Below, in pieces: positions 18,744 through 27,768 of a stretch of 64,000 nt of DNA. A model generated the notes under the pieces. It searched no databases, was not told the DNA's origin, and saw only the letters and a list, made by a program, of their open reading frames with translations. Location of the stretch: contig CAWIML010000009.1 in NCBI GenBank assembly GCA_963837215.1, positions 222,739-286,738 on the forward strand. Direction: 5' to 3'. Each line of letters begins with the position of its first letter. Within the stretch, counting starts at the first letter, position 1. The DNA is from an uncultured Chloroflexia bacterium (GTDB lineage: Bacteria > Chloroflexota > Limnocylindria > Limnocylindrales > CSP1-4). The translations under genes were made by a program, and so were the position numbers.

Positions 18744-19844
18744 TCAGCCGGGAAAGGTGCTCGTGGACGGGTCAGGTCGCACCACGAAGGCACCCTCGCC
18801 ACGGCGCAGCTTCGACCAATCGCGCGCTGCGGCAGCGATGGCCATCAGGGGCTCCTTCTTGGTGACCAGGGGCACGGATCCCTCCGGCGCCAGGCCGTCC
18901 ACACCCTGGTCCAGCAGGTCCCAGCAGGTTCGGTAGACGTCCTCGGCCGTGCCCTGGTACAGCAGGGTGGGGTTGTTGAGGTTGCCCATCAAGGCCATCC
19001 GCTCGCCGGCCGCCGCGCGAGCCTCGCGGGCGTCGACCTGGGACTCGAAGTGGAAGACATCCCAGCCAGCGGCCGCGAAGAGATGGACCCTGTCGATGGT
19101 CTTGCCGCAGCAGTGGAAGATGCCCGGCCCGCCCATCTCCTGGGTGACGCGCTGATGCATCTCGAGCAGGAAGTCCCGGTAGGTCTCGGCGCGACAGAGG
19201 TCCCCGGTCGTGTGATCGGCCCACATGATGGCGTCGGCGCCGGCCTCGAACTGGGCTCGAGCCGACGCGATGCATGGGACCACGAAGGCGTCCAGGTAGC
19301 GCTTGATCTTGTCAGGGTCGAGCATCACGTCCATCAGGAAGCTCTCGATGCCGACCATCTGATACCCGACCGACCATGGGCCATAGACCTTGCCCACGAT
19401 GGCGACGTCCGGATAGCGCTGACGCAACAGTCTGATCGCCCCCGTCACGGCGGCCATCGTCGGGCGCTCGACGAAGTCGTCCGGCATCTTGACCTGCTCC
19501 GGCTCCTCGATCGTGAACCGCGACGGCGACGGCCAGTTGTCCTTCTCGGCCCACTCCGTTTCGCCGCCCAGGGCGTCCGACTCGAGCTGCGAATGGAAGA
19601 CCGGCATGATGGTGTCCATGTCGAACACGTCGTGAGCTGTCGCAGCGAGTCGGGCCATGAGCTCGGCGTCGAGGTGCGCTTCGGGGAATGGCGCCCCGAC
19701 CAGGTCCATCATCTCGACCGTCACGACCGAACTCAGTGTGCAGGCCGGGACCCGGTCGACATGTCCACGATAGATCGCCGACAGGAAGCGCCGGCGAGGG
19801 GTCATCCACTCTCCCTTGAGTGGGTGCGTGACTTCAGCGATCAT
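18744..19844 (-). CDS. Uroporphyrinogen-decarboxylase (UroD/MtaA) family methyltransferase
   Basis: 366 aa from ATG 19844, with AAGGAG 9 nt upstream. UroD-family barrel with an FHCCG motif (the His-x-Cys position of MtaA-type enzymes). The track ORF extension to 20189 is antisense to the dehydrogenase gene. Confidence 0.75.
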   Translation of the reverse strand: MIAEVTHPLKGEWMTPRRRFLSAIYRGHVDRVPACTLSSVVTVEMMDLVGAPFPEAHLDAELMARLAATAHDVFDMDTIMPVFHSQLESDALGGETEWAEKDNWPSPSRFTIEEPEQVKMPDDFVERPTMAAVTGAIRLLRQRYPDVAIVGKVYGPWSVGYQMVGIESFLMDVMLDPDKIKRYLDAFVVPCIASARAQFEAGADAIMWADHTTGDLCRAETYRDFLLEMHQRVTQEMGGPGIFHCCGKTIDRVHLFAAAGWDVFHFESQVDAREARAAAGERMALMGNLNNPTLLYQGTAEDVYRTCWDLLDQGVDGLAPEGSVPLVTKKEPLMAIAAAARDWSKLRRGEGAFVVRPDPSTSTFPG

Positions 19845-19878
19845 CTGCGACGACTCCTTGGCATCGATCGTGTGGTCG

Positions 19879-20949
19879 TCAGGCCGGGGTCTTGACCCGC
19901 TCGGCCGCGCCGCTCGACGCGCTCCGGTAGGCAGCCTCAAGGATCTCGACCGTGCGTGCGCCGAGCTCCGCTGGCGAGTTGTTGTCGAATGGGCGGCCGG
20001 CGCCCGCGGCCACCAACGCGTCGATGGGACCGGTGCAGTCATAGAGTCCCGCGTCCGACTCGAGCGGCACCCGGACATCGTCGTCCGCTGAGCGATAGCG
20101 CCACAGGACGTTGTCGCGCAGGTCCAGGTGGAACATGCCCCTGGAACCGACGACGCGGACCTCGACGGCATGTCGATTGTTCGCGCCACCGAGGTGGCTG
20201 GAGGCGCCGCTCATGGTGCCGATGGCGCCATTCGTATAACGGATGGCGACCGCATCGTGGAGCTCCACCTTGGCGTCCATCGGGGCCGACATGAAGGCGA
20301 AGACATCCTGCCCCCGCAGGTCGGTGAGCCAGAGCGAGACGCCGAGGAGGTGCGTGAGCTGGGCCTGACCATAGCCGCCGCCGGAGGTCTCGGGCCGTGA
20401 CCAGGTGTCCGGCTGCGGGACGTATTCGGGTGCCGCGTCCGGATATGCCCCGGTCTCGGACAGGAGCTCACGCGTCACCGAGTCCATGTGCAGCGCGACA
20501 TGCTCGATCTCGCCGATCCCCCCATCCTCGTGCATCATCGAGTGGGCCTGGATGACCATCGGCCGATAGTTCCAGCCGTACGCCAGGATCAGGTTGTTGC
20601 CGGTTCGACGAGTCGTCGCGTCGAGGTCCCATGCGTGGGCCGGGTCGATCGTGAACGGCTTCTCGCACATCACCTGTGCACCGGCCTCCAGGGCGGCCTT
20701 GCTCTGTTCCCAGTGATAGCCCGGCGGGCTCCCGACGACCACGATGTCCGGCTTCTCGGCGATCACGTCGCGCCAGTCGGTCGAGGCCTTGGCGAATCCG
20801 AAGTCCCGCTGGATCTTCGTCAGCAGCTCCGGATTGCGTCGATTGATGATCGTGAACTCGACGTCGTCCCGGTGTTTGACGAGGTTCGGCAGGTGTGAGC
20901 TGACTGTCCACGAGCCCGCTCCGATGACGCCGAGGCGCAGCTTCGCCAC
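19879..20949 (-). CDS. Gfo/Idh/MocA-family NAD(P)-dependent sugar/cyclitol dehydrogenase
   Basis: LRLGVIGAGSW Rossmann N-terminus, EKPF motif and SGGGYGQAQLTH block. GTG start with AAGGAG. First gene of the operon that continues into the UroD-family MT. Confidence 0.85.
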   Translation of the reverse strand: MAKLRLGVIGAGSWTVSSHLPNLVKHRDDVEFTIINRRNPELLTKIQRDFGFAKASTDWRDVIAEKPDIVVVGSPPGYHWEQSKAALEAGAQVMCEKPFTIDPAHAWDLDATTRRTGNNLILAYGWNYRPMVIQAHSMMHEDGGIGEIEHVALHMDSVTRELLSETGAYPDAAPEYVPQPDTWSRPETSGGGYGQAQLTHLLGVSLWLTDLRGQDVFAFMSAPMDAKVELHDAVAIRYTNGAIGTMSGASSHLGGANNRHAVEVRVVGSRGMFHLDLRDNVLWRYRSADDDVRVPLESDAGLYDCTGPIDALVAAGAGRPFDNNSPAELGARTVEILEAAYRSASSGAAERVKTPA

Positions 20950-20993
20950 TGGATCGGGACTCCTTTCTCCGTGCTCCGTCGGCTGCCATCGTG

Positions 20994-21048
20994 TTGACGC
21001 GGTGGAACGACGACGACTACAGTTGCCACCGGGTGGAAACGACTCTGG
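20994..21048 (+). promoter_or_regulatory. Candidate sigma-70-type promoter (TTGACG-18 nt-TACAGT) followed by operator-like TGGAAACGACTCTGG
   Basis: -35 at 20994..20999, -10 at 21018..21023, operator-like site at 21034..21048. Located in the 259-nt divergent region between 19879..20949 (-) and 21209..22348 (+). Confidence 0.4.
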
Positions 21049-21208
21049 GAATGATATCAGACACGATCCAGGGCTGATTCACAAGACCTCCCGCGGAGGC
21101 TGGACGACGACCGATCGGGCGGTCATCTCCGAACCCGGTGTGCGCCAGCGAGGAGCCCTTCCAGAGACGCCGCGCATCGCCTCGGTCAACCGAAAGGAGC
21201 CACGACTC

Positions 21209-22348
21209 GTGAGCAAGGTCCAGACCGTCGAGGCGATCCCGGTCAGCTACCCGGAGCCCAACGACTACAACGCCCTCCGCCACCTGTGCCTGGTCAAGAT
21301 CACGACCGACGACGGTGTCGTCGGCTGGGGCGAGTCGATCACCCAGTTCCCGGAGGCGAATTTCGCGGTCAAGGCCATCATCCAAGGCATGGCTGAGCGG
21401 GTCATCGGCAAGGACCCGCTCGACAACATCGCCGTCTGGCATGCCCTGCGCGACCAGATGTGGTGGTACGGCTACAACGGCGGCATCGCAAGCTACGCCG
21501 TGGCGGCGATCGACATCGCCCTCTGGGATATCAAGGGCAAGCTATTGGGCGTCCCGGTCGTCCAGTTGCTGGGCGGGGCGGTCCACGAAAAGCTGCCGGC
21601 GGTCGCCTCGAGCCACGCCCACTACGAGGACATCGGCCGGATGGTGGAGGAGGCTCAGGAGTGGGTCGCGCCTGGGATGCACGGCCTCAAGGTCGGCCTC
21701 GGCAAGCGCGGCAACGCCCGGCTCGGCTATGAGCACGACCGCGATGTCGAATACATGCGCCGGATGCGCGAGGGGCTGCCCGGCAAGTGGATCATGCTGG
21801 ACTGCGGCTGGAACGTGAAATGGGACGTCATGACGGCCATCCGGCGGGTCCAGGCATTCGATGAATACGACCTGCACTGGATCGAGGAGCCGTTGGGCGC
21901 CTGGGATCCAGAGGGCTACGCGAACCTGCGCAGCAAGACCACCAGCCTCATGGCCTATGGCGAGAAGGAGTGGAACGTCGACGGGTTCGAGCGCGTGCTG
22001 TCGACCGGTACGGTCGACGTGGTCGGCATCGACCCTGGACGGGCCGAGGGCATCACCGGGTTCAAGCGCGCCGTCGAGCGCATCGAGTTCTACCGACGTC
22101 AGGCCAACGCGCACTGTTGGTCGTCGGCGATCGTGACCGCGGCCAGCCTGGCGATGAGCTTCAGCTCACCGGCCTTCAAGCTCATCGAAGTCAAGCCGCT
22201 CCGGAATCCGATGCAGCACGAGCTGGTACCGGAGCCGATCGAACACATCGACGGTTGGTTCTATCCGCCGACCAAGCCGGGCCTCGGGATCGAGGTCATC
22301 CAGGAGGTCGTCGACCGCTATCGCAGCGAGAAGGTACTGGGCGCCTGA
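21209..22348 (+). CDS. Enolase-superfamily dehydratase-like protein (second subtype)
   Basis: GTG 21209 with AAAGGAG upstream. VGWGES, ALWDIKGK, KVGLG, WIEEP and GEKEW blocks. Paralog of 37649..38776. Confidence 0.85.
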   Translation: MSKVQTVEAIPVSYPEPNDYNALRHLCLVKITTDDGVVGWGESITQFPEANFAVKAIIQGMAERVIGKDPLDNIAVWHALRDQMWWYGYNGGIASYAVAAIDIALWDIKGKLLGVPVVQLLGGAVHEKLPAVASSHAHYEDIGRMVEEAQEWVAPGMHGLKVGLGKRGNARLGYEHDRDVEYMRRMREGLPGKWIMLDCGWNVKWDVMTAIRRVQAFDEYDLHWIEEPLGAWDPEGYANLRSKTTSLMAYGEKEWNVDGFERVLSTGTVDVVGIDPGRAEGITGFKRAVERIEFYRRQANAHCWSSAIVTAASLAMSFSSPAFKLIEVKPLRNPMQHELVPEPIEHIDGWFYPPTKPGLGIEVIQEVVDRYRSEKVLGA

Positions 22349-22374
22349 GCCATCAGCGTCGGAGGAGGCACGAG

Positions 22375-23142
22375 ATGACATGGAGCGTCGGCGCCGGACT
22401 CGAGGGTCGCGGCGTCATCCTGACGGGGGCCACCGGGGGCATCGGCGTTGCCGTCGCACGCGGCTTCGCGGCGACCGGCGCGAGGATCATGGCCGTCGAC
22501 CTTGACCAGGCTCGCCTGGACGAGCTGGTCGGCTCGTTGGAAGGTTCGGGCCATGTCGGCGTCGTCGCCGATCTGCGCGACATGTCGACCCACACGCCAC
22601 TGGTCGCGCGAGCCATCGCGGAGCTCGGCGGCGTCTACGTCCTGGCGAACCTGGCCGCCGTGCTCAGGCGTCGTGGGTCGCTGAACGAGGTTTCGGAGGA
22701 CGACTGGGATTTCCAGCACGACATCAACCTGAAGTCCGCATTCTTTCTGTCGCGAGCAGCGGGCAACGCGATGATCGAGGCCGGCGATGGCGGGCGGATC
22801 GTCCTGTTCAGCTCGCAGGGCTGGTGGACCGGCGGTTTCGGCGGGTCCGTGGCGTATGCCTCGTCCAAGGGCGGCGTGACCACGCTCTGTCGTGGGCTCG
22901 CGCGGACCTTCGGCCCGTACCAGATCACGGTCAACTGCATCTCACCTGGACAGGTCAACACCCCGATGCTCATGACCGGCCTTGCGCCCGAGGTCTACGA
23001 AGCCATGAAGAAGCAGACACCGCTCGGGTATGTGGCCGAGCCCGAGGAGATGGCCGGGCCCGTCGTGTTCCTCGCCTCCGATCATGCGAAGTACATCACC
23101 GGCGCGACGATCAACGTGTCGGGCGGCTTCCTGATGTATTAG
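22375..23142 (+). CDS. SDR-family oxidoreductase
   Basis: ATG 22375 after GGAGGAGG. TGATGGIG and YASSK motifs. Confidence 0.85.
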   Translation: MTWSVGAGLEGRGVILTGATGGIGVAVARGFAATGARIMAVDLDQARLDELVGSLEGSGHVGVVADLRDMSTHTPLVARAIAELGGVYVLANLAAVLRRRGSLNEVSEDDWDFQHDINLKSAFFLSRAAGNAMIEAGDGGRIVLFSSQGWWTGGFGGSVAYASSKGGVTTLCRGLARTFGPYQITVNCISPGQVNTPMLMTGLAPEVYEAMKKQTPLGYVAEPEEMAGPVVFLASDHAKYITGATINVSGGFLMY

Positions 23143-24176
23143 TGACTGCGACGATGCGGGCCGTCGAGTTGCCCGGTGCCGGCCAGCCGCTGCGCCTCGC
23201 CGAGCGCCCGATCCCGCATCCGGGTCCGGGTGAGGTCCGTGTCCGGGTCGAGGCCTGCGGGGTCTGTGGCTCGGACGTCTTTCTCCAGAACGGCGGCTTT
23301 GGCGCGGCGGTCTCGTGGCCCGTCATCCCGGGCCACGAGGCGGCCGGCGTGGTGCACGCCATCGGCGACGGCGTGGCTGGGATCATGCCGGGTGCCCAGG
23401 TCGCGCTCTACTACATCACGACACCGCCGGACGATCCATGGACCGCGCGCGGCCGACCCAACATCAGCCCACAGGTCAAGCGGATGGGGGTGGACGTCGA
23501 TGGCGCATTCGCCGAGTACGTGATCCGGCCGGTGGCAGCCATCATCCAGCCGCCGGCGGTGATACCGCCGCCGGTGCTCGCCGTCCTGACGGACGCGGTC
23601 GCAACGCCGCTCCACGGACTCAAACGCGTGGCCAAGCTCCAGCCAGGCGAGACGCTGGTCGTCCTGGGCGTCGGGGGCCTGGGCTCCAACGCTGTCCAGA
23701 TCGGGAAGGCGATCGGCGCCCGGGTCATCGCCGTCACGCGCTCGCCCGCCAAGCTGCTCCTGGCCCGCCGGCTCGGGGCGGACGAAACGGTCGCGGCGGA
23801 CGATGGCGATCCAGTCGCCGCCGTCAAGGCCCTGACTGGTGGCTACGGGCCGGACGTGGTGATCCAGTGCGTCGGATCGGCTGTCGTCGATGAACAGGCC
23901 ATCGCCATGGGCGGACCGGGCGGTCGGGTCGTGCTGATCGGGTCGAGCCTTGACCAGTTCCGGGCCCGCGCCGTGGACATCTTCTGGCGCGAGCTCTCGG
24001 TCCTCGGGTCACGCGGTTTCGTGCCGGAGGACATCCGTGATGCCATCGACCTCTACCTTGCCGGCACGCTCACGGTCGATCATCTGGTCGAGTCGATCCG
24101 GCCGCTCGAGGAAGCGAACGAGGCGCTCGAGGACCTTCGCGCCGGGCGTGTTCTGCGGAGCGTGCTCGTGCCGTGA
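23142..24176 (+). CDS. Zinc-type alcohol dehydrogenase (MDR family)
   Basis: ACGVCGSD, PGHEAAG and GVGGLG motifs. GTG 23142 overlaps the upstream TAG; the ATG at 23154 is an alternative start. Confidence 0.85.
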   Translation: MTATMRAVELPGAGQPLRLAERPIPHPGPGEVRVRVEACGVCGSDVFLQNGGFGAAVSWPVIPGHEAAGVVHAIGDGVAGIMPGAQVALYYITTPPDDPWTARGRPNISPQVKRMGVDVDGAFAEYVIRPVAAIIQPPAVIPPPVLAVLTDAVATPLHGLKRVAKLQPGETLVVLGVGGLGSNAVQIGKAIGARVIAVTRSPAKLLLARRLGADETVAADDGDPVAAVKALTGGYGPDVVIQCVGSAVVDEQAIAMGGPGGRVVLIGSSLDQFRARAVDIFWRELSVLGSRGFVPEDIRDAIDLYLAGTLTVDHLVESIRPLEEANEALEDLRAGRVLRSVLVP

Positions 24177-24198
24177 GACATTCGCGCGCGGCGCGGAC

Positions 24199-25305
24199 TC
24201 ACGCCGATGAGGACGGCAGCACGCGCGTCAATCGCTCGGCGCTATCGCGGAGGTTCGCCAGGATCGAGGGCACGCGCGAGGGATCTTCGCGACCCCAGCC
24301 GCAGTAGGACGCGATCCCGAAATCGGACAAGTACTGGTTCGCGGCTCGGGCCCGCCGCTCGAAGGCATCGAGTCCGTCATCGAGGACGATCCCGAGATAC
24401 GGCCGAGTGCTTCCGATCGCGAGTGCCTGCATCGGTGCGAAGAAGGCATCATCGGCGTTCGGCATCACCGGCATGTGAACGTAGTCGACGCGACGTCCGG
24501 CTCGGATGACCGCCTCGTTCGCGAGACGAACGCAGACGGTCATGTCGGGCGCGTCCGACTTCGGCCAGCCGCCCCAGGTTCCGAAGCAGAAGTGGTAGCC
24601 GAGGACGACGTCCTCGGGGATGTCGCCTGAGAGCTGGTTCATGTCGCCGAGATGGCGTTGCCACTTCTCCTCGAGCGAGGTCTGTGGTGACCACGGCAGG
24701 AGGGGTTTGTCGCCCGCGAGGATGTCGCGAACCTCGCTCGCGATATCCCACTGGATGACGAGGTCCTCGTGTGGGATCGCGGCGACGATCTGCGACACCT
24801 CAGCCCGGATCGCACGCCGGTACGCGTCGTAGACGACCGGCCAGTCCTCCGGTCGCGCGAAGAAGCCCATGACCGCCGAGCCGGTGGCGGGCAGGCAGAC
24901 CTGGAACCTGGACCCGGCGGGGATGTCCCCGGCAGCGCGAAGGCGCCGAAAGATCTCGAACGATCGGGTCGCCTCTTCAGCGTAGTGAAGGCTGTCGAAG
25001 GTCAGCTGCGTGACGCCCGGCCGAAGCTTGAAGGTCCACCATGATTCATTCCACTCCTTCTGGCTGGCATCACGTGTAGGCTGTCGAACCTGCCCGTCAG
25101 CGGGCGCATTGACGGCTTCGAGATCCGGGTGCACCGAGTACGTTCGGGTGGGGAGGTAGAAGGTCCAATACTTGCGCTGGCCCACCTCGCCGTCCGGATA
25201 GGAGGAGACGAGCGAGCCGAGCCCGCCAGCGCAGACACGAAGCACGTCTTCGACGCTGTCGAGCGGAACACTGCCCACCAGGTGCACGACGCCCATTCGG
25301 CTCAC
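24199..25305 (-). CDS. Uncharacterised protein, possibly a MetE/UroD-like TIM barrel (HxC ... C pattern)
   Basis: 368-aa ORF. GYHFCFG and, 97 residues later, ASYCGWG resemble the Zn-ligand spacing of the cobalamin-independent methionine synthase C-terminal domain. This is a weak, memory-based call. Confidence 0.4.
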   Translation of the reverse strand: MSRMGVVHLVGSVPLDSVEDVLRVCAGGLGSLVSSYPDGEVGQRKYWTFYLPTRTYSVHPDLEAVNAPADGQVRQPTRDASQKEWNESWWTFKLRPGVTQLTFDSLHYAEEATRSFEIFRRLRAAGDIPAGSRFQVCLPATGSAVMGFFARPEDWPVVYDAYRRAIRAEVSQIVAAIPHEDLVIQWDIASEVRDILAGDKPLLPWSPQTSLEEKWQRHLGDMNQLSGDIPEDVVLGYHFCFGTWGGWPKSDAPDMTVCVRLANEAVIRAGRRVDYVHMPVMPNADDAFFAPMQALAIGSTRPYLGIVLDDGLDAFERRARAANQYLSDFGIASYCGWGREDPSRVPSILANLRDSAERLTRVLPSSSA

Positions 25306-25333
25306 TTCCTTTCAAGATCACGAAGGTGTTGCT

Positions 25334-25347
25334 GAGGAAAACGATCC
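25334..25347. promoter_or_regulatory. Weak operator-like site GAGGAAAACGATCC
   Basis: In the divergent gap between 24199..25305 (-) and the permease gene (+). It carries one extra A relative to the GGAAACG core. Confidence 0.3.
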
Positions 25348-25441
25348 GCTGGCACACTGGGCGCAGACGATCTCGAGATCGACCGGGTCTTCCGGTCCCC
25401 GTTCACCATCGTAGCCCGCAGTGCGTCGCTCAGGAGACCCG

Positions 25442-26479
25442 GTGACCGACGGACGATCCACGCGCGAGCCCTCCAGCGACTCTGCGTCGATCGGTAAGGC
25501 CGCGCGCCGCAAGCGACGGCTCCCGGACGAGACTGGCGTCGCCATCGCCCTCCTCATCCTCGTCGTGATCGTCGGTATCCTCCGTCCGAACTTCCTCCAG
25601 CCGCAGGTCCTCTTTCAACAGCTGTCCGGGGCCGCCTTCATCGGGATGCTGGCCCTGGGCATGGTCTTCGTGGTCGTCATCCGCGATATCGACCTGTCCG
25701 TCGGCTGGATGTTCAACTTCAGTGCCGTGATCGCCGCGACAGCGATGGTCGCGGGCATCGACCCGTGGATCGCTGCGGTCATCGGTATCCTGTTCGGCGG
25801 TCTTCTGGGACTCGTGAACGGCGTCCTCGCGGTCGGCCTCCGTATCCCGGTCATCATCGTTACCCTTGGCACCCTCTCGGCCTACCGCGGCTTGTCGCTG
25901 GTCGTCGATGAGTCACGTGCCGTGGTGCCGCCGGACAAGACCAGTTCGTTCTTCGCGCTCTTCGACATCAAGGTCTTCGGTCTCATCCCGAGCGTTGCCA
26001 TCGCGTTCATCGCGCTGGCCGTGGCGATGCACCTGCTGCTGCACCGGACCCGTTTCGGCTATCGGGTCCAGGCGATGGGCAGCAACCCGGAGGCGGCAAG
26101 GCTGGGCGGCATCCCGGTGGATCGCACGCGGATCCAGGTGCTTATCCTCATGGGCCTCATCGCCGGCCTGACGGGCGTGATGTTCCTTGGCTTCCGCGAA
26201 GCGATCGATCCGGTCACCGGCGGCGACTACATCCTGCCCGTCGTGGCGGCGGTGATCATCGGTGGGACCCCCCTTTCCGGCGGCAGAGGCACGATCATCG
26301 GGGCGGTCCTTGGCGCTCTCATCATCCAGGTCATCTTCACCGGGATCCTGTTCCTGGGGGTCGATGTCAAGTGGAGCACGTTCGTGACCGGAGCTGTGAT
26401 CATCCTCGCGGTCGCCGTGGATAAGCTGGTCCGGCACCAGCGTGAGCGGCGGACGAGCGACGCCATCGATCTCGGGTGA
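25442..26479 (+). CDS. Sugar ABC transporter permease
   Basis: Multi-span hydrophobic protein with GGTPLSGGRGT. Preferred start is GTG 25442, with AGGAGA 4 nt upstream; the track start is 25421. Confidence 0.85.
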   Translation: MTDGRSTREPSSDSASIGKAARRKRRLPDETGVAIALLILVVIVGILRPNFLQPQVLFQQLSGAAFIGMLALGMVFVVVIRDIDLSVGWMFNFSAVIAATAMVAGIDPWIAAVIGILFGGLLGLVNGVLAVGLRIPVIIVTLGTLSAYRGLSLVVDESRAVVPPDKTSSFFALFDIKVFGLIPSVAIAFIALAVAMHLLLHRTRFGYRVQAMGSNPEAARLGGIPVDRTRIQVLILMGLIAGLTGVMFLGFREAIDPVTGGDYILPVVAAVIIGGTPLSGGRGTIIGAVLGALIIQVIFTGILFLGVDVKWSTFVTGAVIILAVAVDKLVRHQRERRTSDAIDLG

Positions 26480-26592
26480 CACCCGTGGACGACCCAACGG
26501 GAGAGGAGGAACCGGACGAAACAACCCGCCCCCCTGACCGATGTCAGCCGCGCTCGCGTAACCAAGCACAAGACACCGAGGAGGAATCACCC

Positions 26593-27747
26593 GTGAAGAG
26601 AAACCGATGGCTCGCTTACTCGGCGACCCTGACGATCCTGCTGGCAGCCTGCGGCGGCGCAGGCACGAGCTCGGCGCCCGCCTCCGAGGCACCTGCTTCG
26701 GAAGCGCCGCCGGCCTCTGAGGCACCTGCTTCGGAATCGCCGCCTGCGTCCATCAAGATCGGGTTCGTCACGCACGTCCTTGGCAACCCGTTCATCCAGC
26801 AGATCATCGACGGCGCCAATGCGGCAGCCGAAGACCTGAACGTCGAACTCCAGGTGACCGGCCCCGAAGGTGGCGATGCAGACGCCCAGCTCAAGGCGGT
26901 CCAGGCCCTCGTCGACTCCGGCGTCCAGGGCATCGCGACATCGGTCCCCGGCGAGTCGATGGTGAGCGGCCTGAACGAGGTCGTCGACTCGGGCGTCCCG
27001 GTCGTCCAATTCAACCTTCTCGTGCCTGCCGTCAAGGCCCCGTATGTCGGCGAGAGATCGGTCGAGAGTGGGCGCATCCTGGGCGCCAAGGTCCTTGAGA
27101 AGATGGGCGGCGCCAGCGCGACTGGCAAGGTCATCATCGGCAACTGCTTCCCGGGCTTCCCGGTCCTCGAGAACCGCGCGAAGGGCGTGCAGGAGTCACT
27201 GAAGGCAGCAGCCGGGTTGGAGATCCTTGGTCCCTTCGACGTCAAGGTCGCTGCCAATGAGAACTACGCCGCCTGGGAGGCGCTCCTGGCTGCCAACCCC
27301 GACGCCAAGGCGCTCGTCGGCCTGTGCGCCCCGGACATCGCCAGCCTGGGCAAGCTGCAGGCGGCCAATCCTTCGACCGTGTTCGTCTCCGGCGGCTACG
27401 ACCTGACGGCTGAGAACCTGGCCGAGATCAAGGCGGGCAACGCCTACGTGAGCCTCGGTCAGACCCCGTTCATGCAGGGCTATCTGCCGGTCAAGATGCT
27501 GGCGGACAAGATCCGTGGGAACACGGACGTCGACCTATCCGCGGGCGGGTTCCTGGATGCGGGCACGGAGATCGTGACCGCCGACAGCGTCCAGGAACCG
27601 TTCGACCTGCCGCCGCTGACCTTCGCCCAACTCGAGGAGATGGCCGCATCGCCTGAGGTGGCCCGTGCGTACTATCAGCCTCTTGTCGATGCCCAGATCG
27701 CGAACTGGGCGCAGAACCTCGAGCCTATCGAAAACGAATCCAAGTAG
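26593..27747 (+). CDS. Sugar ABC transporter substrate-binding lipoprotein
   Basis: GTG 26593 after GGAGGA. Lipobox LLAAC. Repetitive SEAPASEAPP linker, then a type I periplasmic-binding fold. Confidence 0.85.
   Translation: MKRNRWLAYSATLTILLAACGGAGTSSAPASEAPASEAPPASEAPASESPPASIKIGFVTHVLGNPFIQQIIDGANAAAEDLNVELQVTGPEGGDADAQLKAVQALVDSGVQGIATSVPGESMVSGLNEVVDSGVPVVQFNLLVPAVKAPYVGERSVESGRILGAKVLEKMGGASATGKVIIGNCFPGFPVLENRAKGVQESLKAAAGLEILGPFDVKVAANENYAAWEALLAANPDAKALVGLCAPDIASLGKLQAANPSTVFVSGGYDLTAENLAEIKAGNAYVSLGQTPFMQGYLPVKMLADKIRGNTDVDLSAGGFLDAGTEIVTADSVQEPFDLPPLTFAQLEEMAASPEVARAYYQPLVDAQIANWAQNLEPIENESK
26680..26745 (+). repeat. 2 x 33-nt tandem repeat encoding ASEAPASEAPP / ASEAPASESPP in the lipoprotein linker
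   Basis: Units 26680..26712 and 26713..26745 differ at 3 positions. Confidence 0.8.
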
Positions 27748-27768
27748 CGCCGACCCCGCACCCACGTC

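Noticed and set aside
17838-19895. Long antisense ORFs (for example 17838..19895, 40062..42233, 54465..56351, 59194..60951, 14314..15675, 27535..28707, 9910..11142, 5274..6293, 6399..7592, 71..889)
   Set aside because: Each lies opposite a gene with clear family motifs. Each translates to low-complexity Arg/Asp/Gly/Pro/His-rich sequence with no recognisable motifs. This is typical stop-codon-poor antisense reading in GC-rich DNA.
24177-24198. Terminator between convergent genes 23142..24176 and 24199..25305
   Set aside because: The 22-nt gap is GC-rich, but I could not fold a convincing stem-loop with a U-tract.
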